A DNA stretch of 30,598 bases from Coleofasciculus chthonoplastes F2-STO-03 (lineage in GTDB: Bacteria; Cyanobacteriota; Cyanobacteriia; Cyanobacteriales; Coleofasciculaceae): the NCBI GenBank assembly GCA_040222015.1, contig JAVJWO010000155.1, forward strand, positions 1-30,598, read 5' to 3'. Positions 19,502 to 28,018 of this stretch are shown in pieces; within the stretch, counting starts at the first letter, position 1; every line of letters begins with the position of its first letter. The notes below the pieces were generated by a model that was not told where the DNA came from, searched no databases, and was given only the letters and a program-made list of their open reading frames with translations. Both the position numbers and the translations under genes were made by a program.

Positions 19502-19750
19502 AAAAGCAACGCTATGACCAAAAAACAGTCAAAAGAAGCTGAATCTCCATTAAAGATACTCAGAGAACGACTCAATTTAACTCAAGAGGAGTTAGCTAGA
19601 CAGTGTCGCATTCCGTTGCGAACCTATGTGCGCTGGGAGACAGGTGAGGCGACTCCTCGACCGACGATTCCCCAAGTCAAAGCGTTATGTCGGGAGTTGG
19701 GCGTCTCGATTGAGGAATTGCCCGATCAGTTTGGACCGGTGCGAGAATGA
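19496..19750 (+). CDS. XRE/Cro-C1 family HTH regulator
   Basis: LKILRERLNLTQEELARQCRIPLRTYVRWETGEATP; likely start is the ATG at 19514. Confidence 0.9.
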   Translation: MTKSNAMTKKQSKEAESPLKILRERLNLTQEELARQCRIPLRTYVRWETGEATPRPTIPQVKALCRELGVSIEELPDQFGPVRE

Positions 19751-19970
19751 AGCCCTGAAAGCCCTGAACTAAAGTACTCGAAGAGAAGCCGCTCCGCGTC
19801 TACGGGTTCAAAGATTTACCTATTCCTTGAGAACACGACTATTTGCCTTGAACTTAAATCTAATTAAATGCGCTTAAGCGTGTCAAGCCTTGCTTAAACA
19901 GAAGAGGCAACTGTAACGAATCTTGAAATGTTACCATTTAGGCGAAGTCGTTAATCATTCGTGAACTTGA

Positions 19971-20165
19971 GTGCCTAGAGCCAGCACCGCCATAGGGGTC
20001 AGTCCCGTTATCAAGGAACAAGTACAGAAACAGGCGCAATCAACCCGATTGACCCTGAAAGAGGTTATTTATATGGGTATGCTGGCGATTGATGAACTCA
20101 GCGAACAGCGCCGCCAGGAATTAGCTGATAAAGTCCATCAGATGCAAATCAACGGCGAAATTTGA
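19971..20165 (+). CDS. Small hypothetical protein, possibly ribbon-helix-helix-like
   Basis: 64 aa with a short beta-like N-terminus (STAIGVS) followed by amphipathic helices. Confidence 0.6.
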   Translation: MPRASTAIGVSPVIKEQVQKQAQSTRLTLKEVIYMGMLAIDELSEQRRQELADKVHQMQINGEI

Positions 20166-20393
20166 GCTTTAGCGACAGCTTTAGCGACACAGAGGGGAGA
20201 ATTTCGCCAGGTATTGCTGTGGAGAATTGAGGATTAACTTAGCACGAGTGCGATCGCAAGCCACGAAAAGACCCCGATTAAACGACCGAGATCACTTTTC
20301 CCTCCACATCCAATTATGAGAGGTACGTGATATTACACAATAATTGCTCCAGCATCTCCTGTACAAGTGAAGGTGTAAACAGTCCCTAGGTAG

Positions 20394-20720
20394 GAGATAA
20401 CAGGATACGAACACGCAATTGTTATATTAACAGATAATAGAAGAGTTCTGATTAATATGGGTTCTTACCAAGGAGGAGAGCTACCACCTAACACTAAAAT
20501 ACTACTAATGCACTCACACCCTGATGATCATGGCACGGGAATAGCAAAGTTTATCTCTGAGGATGATGTAAACGCTTTAGTGTACTTGAATCAACGTTAC
20601 AGCTATATGGTCACAGTCGATGGAACAGTCTACTGTTTTACCAGGGATACAATTCCATGTAGTGTGGCAAGGATTGTCAGGGAACTTAAGTACAGTGGAT
20701 GGATCAAACCAGAAACTTAA
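20394..20720 (+). pseudogene. 5'-truncated JAB/MPN-like polymorphic toxin tip
   Basis: The frame is open from 20394 (EITGYEHAIVIL...), upstream of the ATG at 20457, and carries E-x33-HSH-x12-S-x2-D. Confidence 0.55.
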
Positions 20721-20732
20721 GAGGATAGTATT

Positions 20733-21344
20733 ATGCCGTTTTTTATTCAAAATGTAACAAAATGTGCCATCTGTAATCAGGTAATTGATAATCGTTATGA
20801 TGCAGCACAACTTGCTTATATTCATCCAAAGGTCTCAAGCTCTCTGGCACAGTTAGCGAGGAGGTTTGTACATCGCTCATGTTGGCGAGAATGGAAAGAC
20901 GCGAACTTATTTTCAACGGCAGCATTTAATCTAGCCAAACAGGTAAATTCTCACGACAACCCCCTCAAAATTGAGTTTGCCAGCGATGGATTAATTGTAT
21001 TTTGGGTCGCGGCTATGAATAGCTATCGATTGCACGATTTTAAGTTACTTGTGACGATAGATATTCCTGTATCAGAAGCATTCAGAATGGGGAATCATAT
21101 TGTTTCGGCGTTTTTGGAAAAGGATTTTCCCAGTATATTTTTAATTGGGGATTGTATCTGGAAAGCCAGACGCGATGATTCGGGAAATATTGAATTCACT
21201 ATCAAGGAAGGAGGGCAAATTGCCGATAAATTTATCGTTTCTATAGACAGACAGAGTTGCTGGGTAGATGCGATGAAAGAAATCATAGCGCAAGGAACTC
21301 AGAAGGTAGGCGAAATTCCGACGGTGAGTACATCGGGTTACTAG
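20733..21344 (+). CDS. Hypothetical protein with N-terminal CxxC...HxxC; putative immunity protein
   Basis: 203 aa; GAGGA Shine-Dalgarno; 12 bp after the toxin-like ORF; KCAICNQ...FVHRSCW. Confidence 0.6.
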   Translation: MPFFIQNVTKCAICNQVIDNRYDAAQLAYIHPKVSSSLAQLARRFVHRSCWREWKDANLFSTAAFNLAKQVNSHDNPLKIEFASDGLIVFWVAAMNSYRLHDFKLLVTIDIPVSEAFRMGNHIVSAFLEKDFPSIFLIGDCIWKARRDDSGNIEFTIKEGGQIADKFIVSIDRQSCWVDAMKEIIAQGTQKVGEIPTVSTSGY

Positions 21345-21610
21345 GACATCGGTCAAGAAACCGGGTTTCTTTGGGTCAAAGGTTGATATTGTATTGTCAT
21401 TCTCACTCTTAACCCGGTTTCTAGGAATACTTGACCGGGGAAGCGGGGGAAGCAGGGGGAGGAAAAATTTAATTCAAGCTTATCCGAACAGTATTGAGGG
21501 GTACAATATGTCGTGTCCTTCCAGATGGTGGTTCAAGTGCATCTAGCATGGAATATTGTGAGCAAGACTCGAAAAAAGCTATTATAGCCTCTTAAAAATA
21601 GTTTACGCTG

Positions 21611-21631
21611 AGGGGTGTAACCCCTTTTTTT
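21611..21631 (+). terminator. Short intrinsic-terminator-like hairpin
   Basis: AGGGG-TGTAA-CCCCT followed by a T run. Confidence 0.4.
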
Positions 21632-21659
21632 ATTACTTCGCTCTACCCGGTTTCTACCG

Positions 21660-24368
21660 ATGCAGCGTTTCGTCAGGGCACTGAATATGACTACCACCTT
21701 AGCCTATAACTACCAATTTGGCGGATGCCTACCCGCCGATTCCCCCACTTATGTGTGGCGACAGGCAGATGTTGAACTCTACAACGGGTTAAGGGCGGGG
21801 GATTTCTGCTATGTCCTCAACTCCCGACAGATGGGGAAATCTAGCTTGCGGGTGCAAACCATGCGCCGCTTACAAGGGGAAGGATTTGCTTGTGCGGCGA
21901 TTGACCTGACTAAGATTGGTTGCCAACATCTCACCCCAGAGCAATGGTATGCTGGCTTAGTCCGTCGCTTGGTAATTAGTTTTAATCTGACCCAACAATT
22001 TAACTTGCGTCGATGGTGGCGCGATCGCGATTTACTTTCGCCCGTACAACGCTTCAGTGAGTTTATTGAACGCATCCTCCTCCCGGCGATTCCGCAACCG
22101 ATTGTTATTTTTATTGATGAAATTGATACGGTTCTCAACTTAAACTTTCGCGTCGATGACTTTTTAGCGGCGATTCGCGCTTGTTATGATAGTCGTGCCG
22201 ATCATCTCGCCTACCAACGCCTCACATTTGCCCTGTTAGGTGTCGCGACTCCCTCAGAGTTAATTCAAGATAAACATAGCACCCCATTTAATATTGGTCG
22301 GGCAATTGAACTGACAGGCTTTGAATTAAATGAATGTTTACCCTTAGCCCAGGGATTAGCCACCCACGTTAACTATTCTCCCGCCATTATCCAGGAAATA
22401 TTAACTTGGACAGGGGGTAAACCCTTTCTCACCCAAAAGCTGTGTCAGATTGTCCTGCACCAAGCCGAACTTTGGTTACCCACGAAGATTCCCCAAGATA
22501 AATCCCAAATTAGCGTGTGGATTGAACAGTTGGTGCGATCGCACATCATTGATAATTGGGAAGCCAACGATGAACCCGAACACCTAAAAACCATTCGCGA
22601 TCGCCTATTACCCAACTGTGCCAGTACCCGTCAACTTTTAACACTCTACCAGCAAATTCTCGATCAGGGAGAAATCCCCGCCGATAATAGTCCAGAACAA
22701 TGGGAATTGCGCCTATCAGGATTGGTAGTGAAACAGCCAATCGGACAGAAATACGCCCAGCCTGTTCTGAGAGTCTATAACCGCATTTATTCCTCTATCT
22801 TTAATCAGAATTGGGTAACCCATGTCCTGAATAATCTGCCCCCGTATCACTCCACTATGACGGCTTGGTTTGCCAGTGGGGGTCAGGATTCGTCTTATTT
22901 GTTGAACCGAAACCAATTACAACAAGCCTCAGTTTGGGCAAAAGGGAAACGCTTAAATCAAAAGGACTACCAGTTCCTGAATGCGAGTCGTCAGCAGGTT
23001 ATCGCTAGTTCTGATCAAGGAAACAGCAACCCCCAGAAACAATTAGATACAACATCGACAAGAAAACCCTCTGCCCAACCTACCCCTCCAGACTTCTTAC
23101 CAACGTCTCCGCCGCGTTCCTTGAGTGCCGACGAGCAGATATTATATGATCATTTACTCTATTGGGTACAACGAGAATCCCCCCAGCAACTCATCGAACG
23201 ATTTGAACAACTATTTATTACCGCGAAAAACTACCCCGAACCCGACATTATCGCTGCCTTCCACCGAATTATCCTCGCTAATCCCCGCCATCAAGACTTT
23301 ACCCATATTCTCAATCGGTGCTGCCATATCTTGATTAATCGTTGGCAAATGCAAGGCAACCAAGATTATGCGATCGCGCAATTGGTGGCATTATTTGAAA
23401 AAACCTTTCAACCGGGGACAATTAAAGCGACGTCGGGACTATCAAAGCGATTGCGACAACTCTTGCAAGTATTTACTCAAAGTGAAGACTTTCAAAGCCT
23501 AAAACGCTTGGTCAAAGTTGTTGATCACACCGCTGATGTCGATCGCCAAGACTCTAATCCCGCCTTAGGACAATTGATTTGTCGATACCCTTATTTATAC
23601 ACCCACGCCTTACTAAGTTCCGATAGTTCCTACGAACACCAGCAAACTATCCGCCACATTCAAACTCAACGTCAGTGGCAATTAGAAATGAACCTCTCTC
23701 AATATGTCACTTATCTAATCCGGCGAGTGCGACTGGCGTCCAGTAAAACCCCCACCCCAGACACCACTTTGGTTCAACCTGTACCCAATCCGACTCTGTT
23801 AAGCGATCGCGAACTCTACTTCGCCTTGAAGCAATTTATGGGTAAAGTTGAAGGAGCTTACACTTACCGAGACTTAGCCCAACGTTTTCTCAAGCAAAGT
23901 AATCAAACGCGCTCTTATCGTGCTTTTAAAGCCGATTTATATGAATACCTAATAGCGGCAATTGAACCCACCTATGGTAAACATCAATTCAATCAGCGTT
24001 TAGCGCAACATCTCAAAAACACCTTACCGGATAGCGATCCTAAAAAAATAAACGACTTTTTATTGCTGAGAACCTGTAGTCAATTACTGAGTTTCTTAGT
24101 CAGCAGTCCTCAGCATCCCAATCACTATGTCTTTATTGATTTAATTTCTAATATGGGGTCGATTCGCACAACGGGATTATTGCTGAAAATCATTCTGCTG
24201 TGTGGCAAAGTTAAACCGGATTTAGAAAAGCGATTTTCACTTTTGTTCAATCACTACGAATGTCAAACAATTAATGATATTTTTTGGTTGGTTCAATCTC
24301 TAGAAAATCTTAATGTTGCCTTTTTTGTCAATTTTGGCAATATGGATCTGTCTCGGATTCAAAAGTAA
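21660..24368 (+). CDS. AAA-like (AAA_35-type) ATPase fused to an uncharacterised C-terminal domain
   Basis: SRQMGKSS Walker [10 protein letters not shown] Walker B, TPFNIG and [13 protein letters not shown]; likely start is the ATG at 21687. Confidence 0.85.
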   Translation: MQRFVRALNMTTTLAYNYQFGGCLPADSPTYVWRQADVELYNGLRAGDFCYVLNSRQMGKSSLRVQTMRRLQGEGFACAAIDLTKIGCQHLTPEQWYAGLVRRLVISFNLTQQFNLRRWWRDRDLLSPVQRFSEFIERILLPAIPQPIVIFIDEIDTVLNLNFRVDDFLAAIRACYDSRADHLAYQRLTFALLGVATPSELIQDKHSTPFNIGRAIELTGFELNECLPLAQGLATHVNYSPAIIQEILTWTGGKPFLTQKLCQIVLHQAELWLPTKIPQDKSQISVWIEQLVRSHIIDNWEANDEPEHLKTIRDRLLPNCASTRQLLTLYQQILDQGEIPADNSPEQWELRLSGLVVKQPIGQKYAQPVLRVYNRIYSSIFNQNWVTHVLNNLPPYHSTMTAWFASGGQDSSYLLNRNQLQQASVWAKGKRLNQKDYQFLNASRQQVIASSDQGNSNPQKQLDTTSTRKPSAQPTPPDFLPTSPPRSLSADEQILYDHLLYWVQRESPQQLIERFEQLFITAKNYPEPDIIAAFHRIILANPRHQDFTHILNRCCHILINRWQMQGNQDYAIAQLVALFEKTFQPGTIKATSGLSKRLRQLLQVFTQSEDFQSLKRLVKVVDHTADVDRQDSNPALGQLICRYPYLYTHALLSSDSSYEHQQTIRHIQTQRQWQLEMNLSQYVTYLIRRVRLASSKTPTPDTTLVQPVPNPTLLSDRELYFALKQFMGKVEGAYTYRDLAQRFLKQSNQTRSYRAFKADLYEYLIAAIEPTYGKHQFNQRLAQHLKNTLPDSDPKKINDFLLLRTCSQLLSFLVSSPQHPNHYVFIDLISNMGSIRTTGLLLKIILLCGKVKPDLEKRFSLLFNHYECQTINDIFWLVQSLENLNVAFFVNFGNMDLSRIQK

Positions 24369-24511
24369 TGGTCATTTGTCCTTTGTCCTTTGTCCTTTGT
24401 CGAAGAATTATGGTACTCCGTAGGGGCGGGTTTAGTCACATCTGGGTGAAAACCGTCCCGTTAATGGTAAAACCCGCCCCTACACACAGACGCGCCATGG
24501 CACGTCTCTAC
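24369..24511. repeat. TTTGTCC heptamers and GTAG REP hairpins
   Basis: GTAGGGGCGGGTTT...AAACCCGCCCCTAC at 24420-24483, then AGACGCGCCATGGCACGTCTCTAC. Confidence 0.8.
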
Positions 24512-24641
24512 TCCCTCATCTCCCCCAGCTAGCTTCACTGCACCCCCCATACTCCATCTCTAAGTTGCAAGTCAAACTCGTAACGATTATGATTTAGTGG
24601 TAAACATAAAACATATAAGAGCAGAGGTGTTACTTGGCACG

Positions 24642-24905
24642 ATGGTAGAAGTTCGAGAAATTCCGCTACAGCAAATCCGCCGTCCCCTTCCCCGAGAAAA
24701 CGACGCCAATAAGGTGCTGGAGTTGATGAAGTCTATTCAGGAAGAAGGATTAAGAGAACCCATTGATGTACTCGAAGTTGATGGAGAGTATTACGGCTTC
24801 TCTGGGTGTCATAGATTTGAGGCACATCAGCGCCTAGGTAAAGAGACGATTAAATGCCGGGTTCGCCGCGCCCCTCGTGCTGTCTTAATGCGACATTTAG
24901 CCTGA
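24642..24905 (+). CDS. srxA: Sulfiredoxin
   Basis: YYGFSGCHR active-site motif in a ParB/Srx fold; ATG at 24642 (MVEVREIPL) is preferred over the GTG at 24597. Confidence 0.92.
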   Translation: MVEVREIPLQQIRRPLPRENDANKVLELMKSIQEEGLREPIDVLEVDGEYYGFSGCHRFEAHQRLGKETIKCRVRRAPRAVLMRHLA

Positions 24906-25041
24906 GAAACGTCATTTTTGTTGAATGAGAACAGTTCATACTTTAGGATGATTTGTAACCGATCGCTAATTGTTTAAGATTGACATTGATTGTGCGAAAA
25001 GAAAAGTAGTTCCAGATACCTTGGGCAACGGGATAAAGGGT

Positions 25042-25345
25042 GTAAGCTGTTCGGCATTTAAACCTTAATATCAAGAATTGGGAAATCCTTTTCGTATTTC
25101 GTAGTGTGAGCATCTTGCTCACTACATTGAGCATCTTGCTCACTACATTGAGCATCTTGCTCACTACATTGAGCATCTTGCTCACTACATTGAGCATTTT
25201 GCTCACTACATTGACCATCTTGGTCGCTACATTGACCATCTTGCTCACTACATTGACCATCTTGCTCACTACATTGAGCATTTTGCTCACTACATTGAGC
25301 ATCTTGGTCGCTACTGACACTTAATTTAAATGCATGACAGGCTTA
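25042..25345 (-). mobile_element. MITE/REPIN-like element with 10 tandem 21-bp hairpin units (25107-25314)
   Basis: Imperfect terminal inverted repeats TAAGCTGTTCGGCATTTAAA and TTTAAATGCATGACAGGCTTA; unit TGAGCATCTTGCTCACTACAT. Confidence 0.7.
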
Positions 25346-25463
25346 GTCGTTCACTCAAATTTGGCGTCACACTGGCTAATTTATTTCCGTGAAACTCGGT
25401 GAAATAAGGAACTCGACCAGCTTTTCTGTTAACGTTATTTTTGGAGCAAATTAGGAGAACATT

Positions 25464-25952
25464 ATGCAAACAGCTGATAAATCTGCGCCTGTCAATATTG
25501 GTATTTCAGAACAAAACCGCAAAGAGATTGCTGGAGGATTGTCTCGCCTGCTAGCAGACACCTATAGCCTTTACCTCAAGACACACTACTTCCACTGGAA
25601 CGTAACCGGACCGATGTTCCACTCGCTGCATAATATGTTTGAGACCGAGTACACTGAATTAGCTGTCGCGGTGGATGATATTGCCGAACGGATTCGCACC
25701 ATTGGTTATCCAGCGCCTGGTAGTTATAGCGAATTTGCCGAACTCTCTTCGATTCCAGAAACTCGTGGTGTTCCGGAAGCCACAGAAATGGTACGTTTAC
25801 TGGTCGAAGCCAATGAAGCCGTGGTGAGAACAGCGCGGGAAGCGTTTCCAGCGGCTGAACGGGCGAATGATGAGTCTACCGTTGACCTATTAACTGAACG
25901 GATGCGGACTCATGAGAAAACCGCTTGGATGCTGCGGAGTATGCTGAAATAA
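25464..25952 (+). CDS. dps: Dps family DNA starvation/stationary phase protection protein
   Basis: LYLKTHYFHWNVTG, DDIAERI and HEKTAWML motifs; AGGAG Shine-Dalgarno. Confidence 0.95.
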   Translation: MQTADKSAPVNIGISEQNRKEIAGGLSRLLADTYSLYLKTHYFHWNVTGPMFHSLHNMFETEYTELAVAVDDIAERIRTIGYPAPGSYSEFAELSSIPETRGVPEATEMVRLLVEANEAVVRTAREAFPAAERANDESTVDLLTERMRTHEKTAWMLRSMLK

Positions 25953-25972
25953 TCGGTCATTATCGGTGGGAA

Positions 25973-26150
25973 AGGGCGGGTTTTGTTGTTCCGTTATTGG
26001 TGGATATTTGAATTGAGTCCCTAAACCCGCCCCTACAATTGTGCCTAAACCCGCCCCTACAATTGACCATTCCTATCATACATATCCGGCTGGAACCTTC
26101 TGCCTTCTGCCTTCTGCCTTCTGCCTTCTGCCTTCTGTCTTCTGCCTTCT
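25973..26150. repeat. GTAG REP with a duplicated arm, followed by a (CCTTCTG)n heptamer run
   Basis: CTAAACCCGCCCCTACAATTG occurs twice; about 7 CCTTCTG units at 26096-26150. Confidence 0.85.
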
Positions 26151-26156
26151 GAGTTA

Positions 26157-26687
26157 TTAACGCCTCAGCAAACGTCGCCGCCGAGTTCGCAAGTAGACTC
26201 GTAGGGGAAACTGATAAAACTCCATTAATAGCCAGACAATAACGGCAAAATGGAAGAAAAAGGTTAATCCTGTCCAAGCCAGGGGTAGCCAAGCCAAGCG
26301 ACTACCGGGCGTGGGCGGGAAGGTGTAAGCAGCTACGCCAATTAACGTCGTGGGTAGAATCACAAACGCCGCCGCAAAAATCCAAGTCACCCATCCCCAT
26401 TCAATACCTTGGAGATGCGCCCCCACCCAGTTTTTACCAGTCCAGCGCCAGGTAAGAGGAGGCTGTCTATCGGTCATTTTCAATAATTGCTGTTCCAAGT
26501 CAGCCACGAAAATATGACGACAGGCTTCACAAGCCAGCGCATCCATTAATGGCATCCCTTGAATTTGACCCACACGACAGATGGGACAGGGGTAAATCCC
26601 TTGATAGTGCAAACGGTTGGTTAAATCGGGTAGGTATTGCATGTTAACAGCAATGTGCTTCTTTTGTAATATTAGCGAGGTTGCCAA
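26157..26687 (-). CDS. Zn-ribbon (CPIC...CEAC) membrane protein
   Basis: Two CxxC motifs followed by two hydrophobic segments; alternative start at the ATG at 26642. Confidence 0.75.
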   Translation of the reverse strand: MATSLILQKKHIAVNMQYLPDLTNRLHYQGIYPCPICRVGQIQGMPLMDALACEACRHIFVADLEQQLLKMTDRQPPLTWRWTGKNWVGAHLQGIEWGWVTWIFAAAFVILPTTLIGVAAYTFPPTPGSRLAWLPLAWTGLTFFFHFAVIVWLLMEFYQFPLRVYLRTRRRRLLRR

Positions 26688-27598
26688 AAGAAATCTGCGA
26701 TCGCGCCATTTTCTTCTACCGCTTCTGGCATACCGAACAACACCGAACGCTGAATTAAGGGACGATAACTCAGACGACGGGCAACTCGACTCGGTATACC
26801 ATAGCCATAGACAATATGACCCCTACCCGCAATCACGACGACTTGATAATCCGGATTAGCGGTGAGAAAATCAGCAATCCCGTCTGCCATAGTTTCATCC
26901 CATAGCACCTGAACGCTGAAAAATCGCTCAAACCGATCGCTATTACCATGACCTGCCTGTTGATGCTGATTATAAACCGCTTCAACCATTTGCCGATAGT
27001 CAGCGTTATCGGTGCGAATTTCGTCCAGGGGAGGAATCTGCTGGAGTTCGTCACTCGTGAGACTTTCTAAGCCATTCCGGGCAACTTTGCGGCTAATTTC
27101 CGTGGGGGTATTTAGTGCTAAAACAGGCAGTTGATGGGTTTGAGCAAACTGTAATAGGGGGGCATAATAATCCCAGGGAAATCCCCAGCGTTGTTCATAG
27201 TCTGTTTGCTCAATCAATTGAGTTTCTGTCAGGTGTCCAGCTAAGTATTGATCCAGGATATCCTGATAAGGTCGCTGGAACATTTCCATCGCTAGGACAA
27301 TTTTTGGATTCTCTTGGTAAAGGGCTTGCAGAATTTCGAGTTGGGCTTTATGGTCATCAGGATTACTATGAATTTCCCCTAGATAAACGACATCAGCTTT
27401 AACTAATTCCTGGAGAATCGTTTCTGGAGATGTTTCAAACTGCATCTCAACAGGTTGATTATTCGCCTGTGTCAGCAGATGAGACATTTGAGCCCCAGCC
27501 GGGGGGGTACAGAAGCAAACGATACCCAAAGACCAAGCGCAAAGTTGGGTTCTTAGTAAGGGCTTTAGCCTATATTTGCTGAGATTTCCTGACGTCAA
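26672..27598 (-). CDS. ChaN-family (haem-uptake/Tiki superfamily) exported protein
   Basis: VVYLGEIH, LAMEMFQR, QVLWDETMA and IAGRGH motifs; signal-like N-terminus. Confidence 0.85.
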   Translation of the reverse strand: MTSGNLSKYRLKPLLRTQLCAWSLGIVCFCTPPAGAQMSHLLTQANNQPVEMQFETSPETILQELVKADVVYLGEIHSNPDDHKAQLEILQALYQENPKIVLAMEMFQRPYQDILDQYLAGHLTETQLIEQTDYEQRWGFPWDYYAPLLQFAQTHQLPVLALNTPTEISRKVARNGLESLTSDELQQIPPLDEIRTDNADYRQMVEAVYNQHQQAGHGNSDRFERFFSVQVLWDETMADGIADFLTANPDYQVVVIAGRGHIVYGYGIPSRVARRLSYRPLIQRSVLFGMPEAVEENGAIADFFWQPR

Positions 27599-27711
27599 AA
27601 TAACCTACAATTGATTCCACTTGTTTAGCTGTGCCATGCTTGAAATCTTACAATTTTTATAGTCGCACGTCAATCCGGGGACATCTTTAATCTATCATCT
27701 AATTCATCATT

Positions 27712-27913
27712 GTAGGGGCATGGCACACCTTATTTGATGAATTAGAATTGGTTCGTAGTGAGGGAACCTCAGCCCTCTCCAGCTAAGCTTTATAGCACTC
27801 TTCGTGCTTACTACAAACAAAACCCTATTTTAGCTGTGCCACGACAGTAGGGGCGCATGGCGTGCGCCCATAAAATCGACAAATCTAATCCACAATTTTA
27901 GCTGTGCCACGCC
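27712..27913. repeat. Composite REP element related to 10826-10960 in inverted orientation
   Basis: Reverse complement GCACAGCTAAAATAGGGTTTTGTTTGTAGT...TAGCTGGAGAGGGCT...CCCTCACTACG matches about 10835-10919. Confidence 0.75.
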
Positions 27914-28018
27914 GCCATCGTGAGTTAGGCGCATTGTCAGGTTAACTTGTATTGTCCCCCAACATCATTCTGCATGAGTCTCTCAGGTTGAGAGATATAT
28001 CGCTATGATCATAAATTT

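Noticed and set aside
24924..24942. Fur/PerR-like box AATGAGAACAGTTCATA after srxA
   Set aside because: Only 5/7 dyad symmetry, and it is over 500 bp from the dps start.
24943..25324. ORFs 24943..25320 (-) and 25106..25324 (+) as heptad-repeat proteins
   Set aside because: Both are open because a stop-free 21-bp palindromic unit is tandemly repeated; there is no independent coding evidence.
25960..26292. 110-aa ORF with QKAEGRR repeats
   Set aside because: It is a translation of heptamer and REP repeats and overlaps a better gene in another frame.
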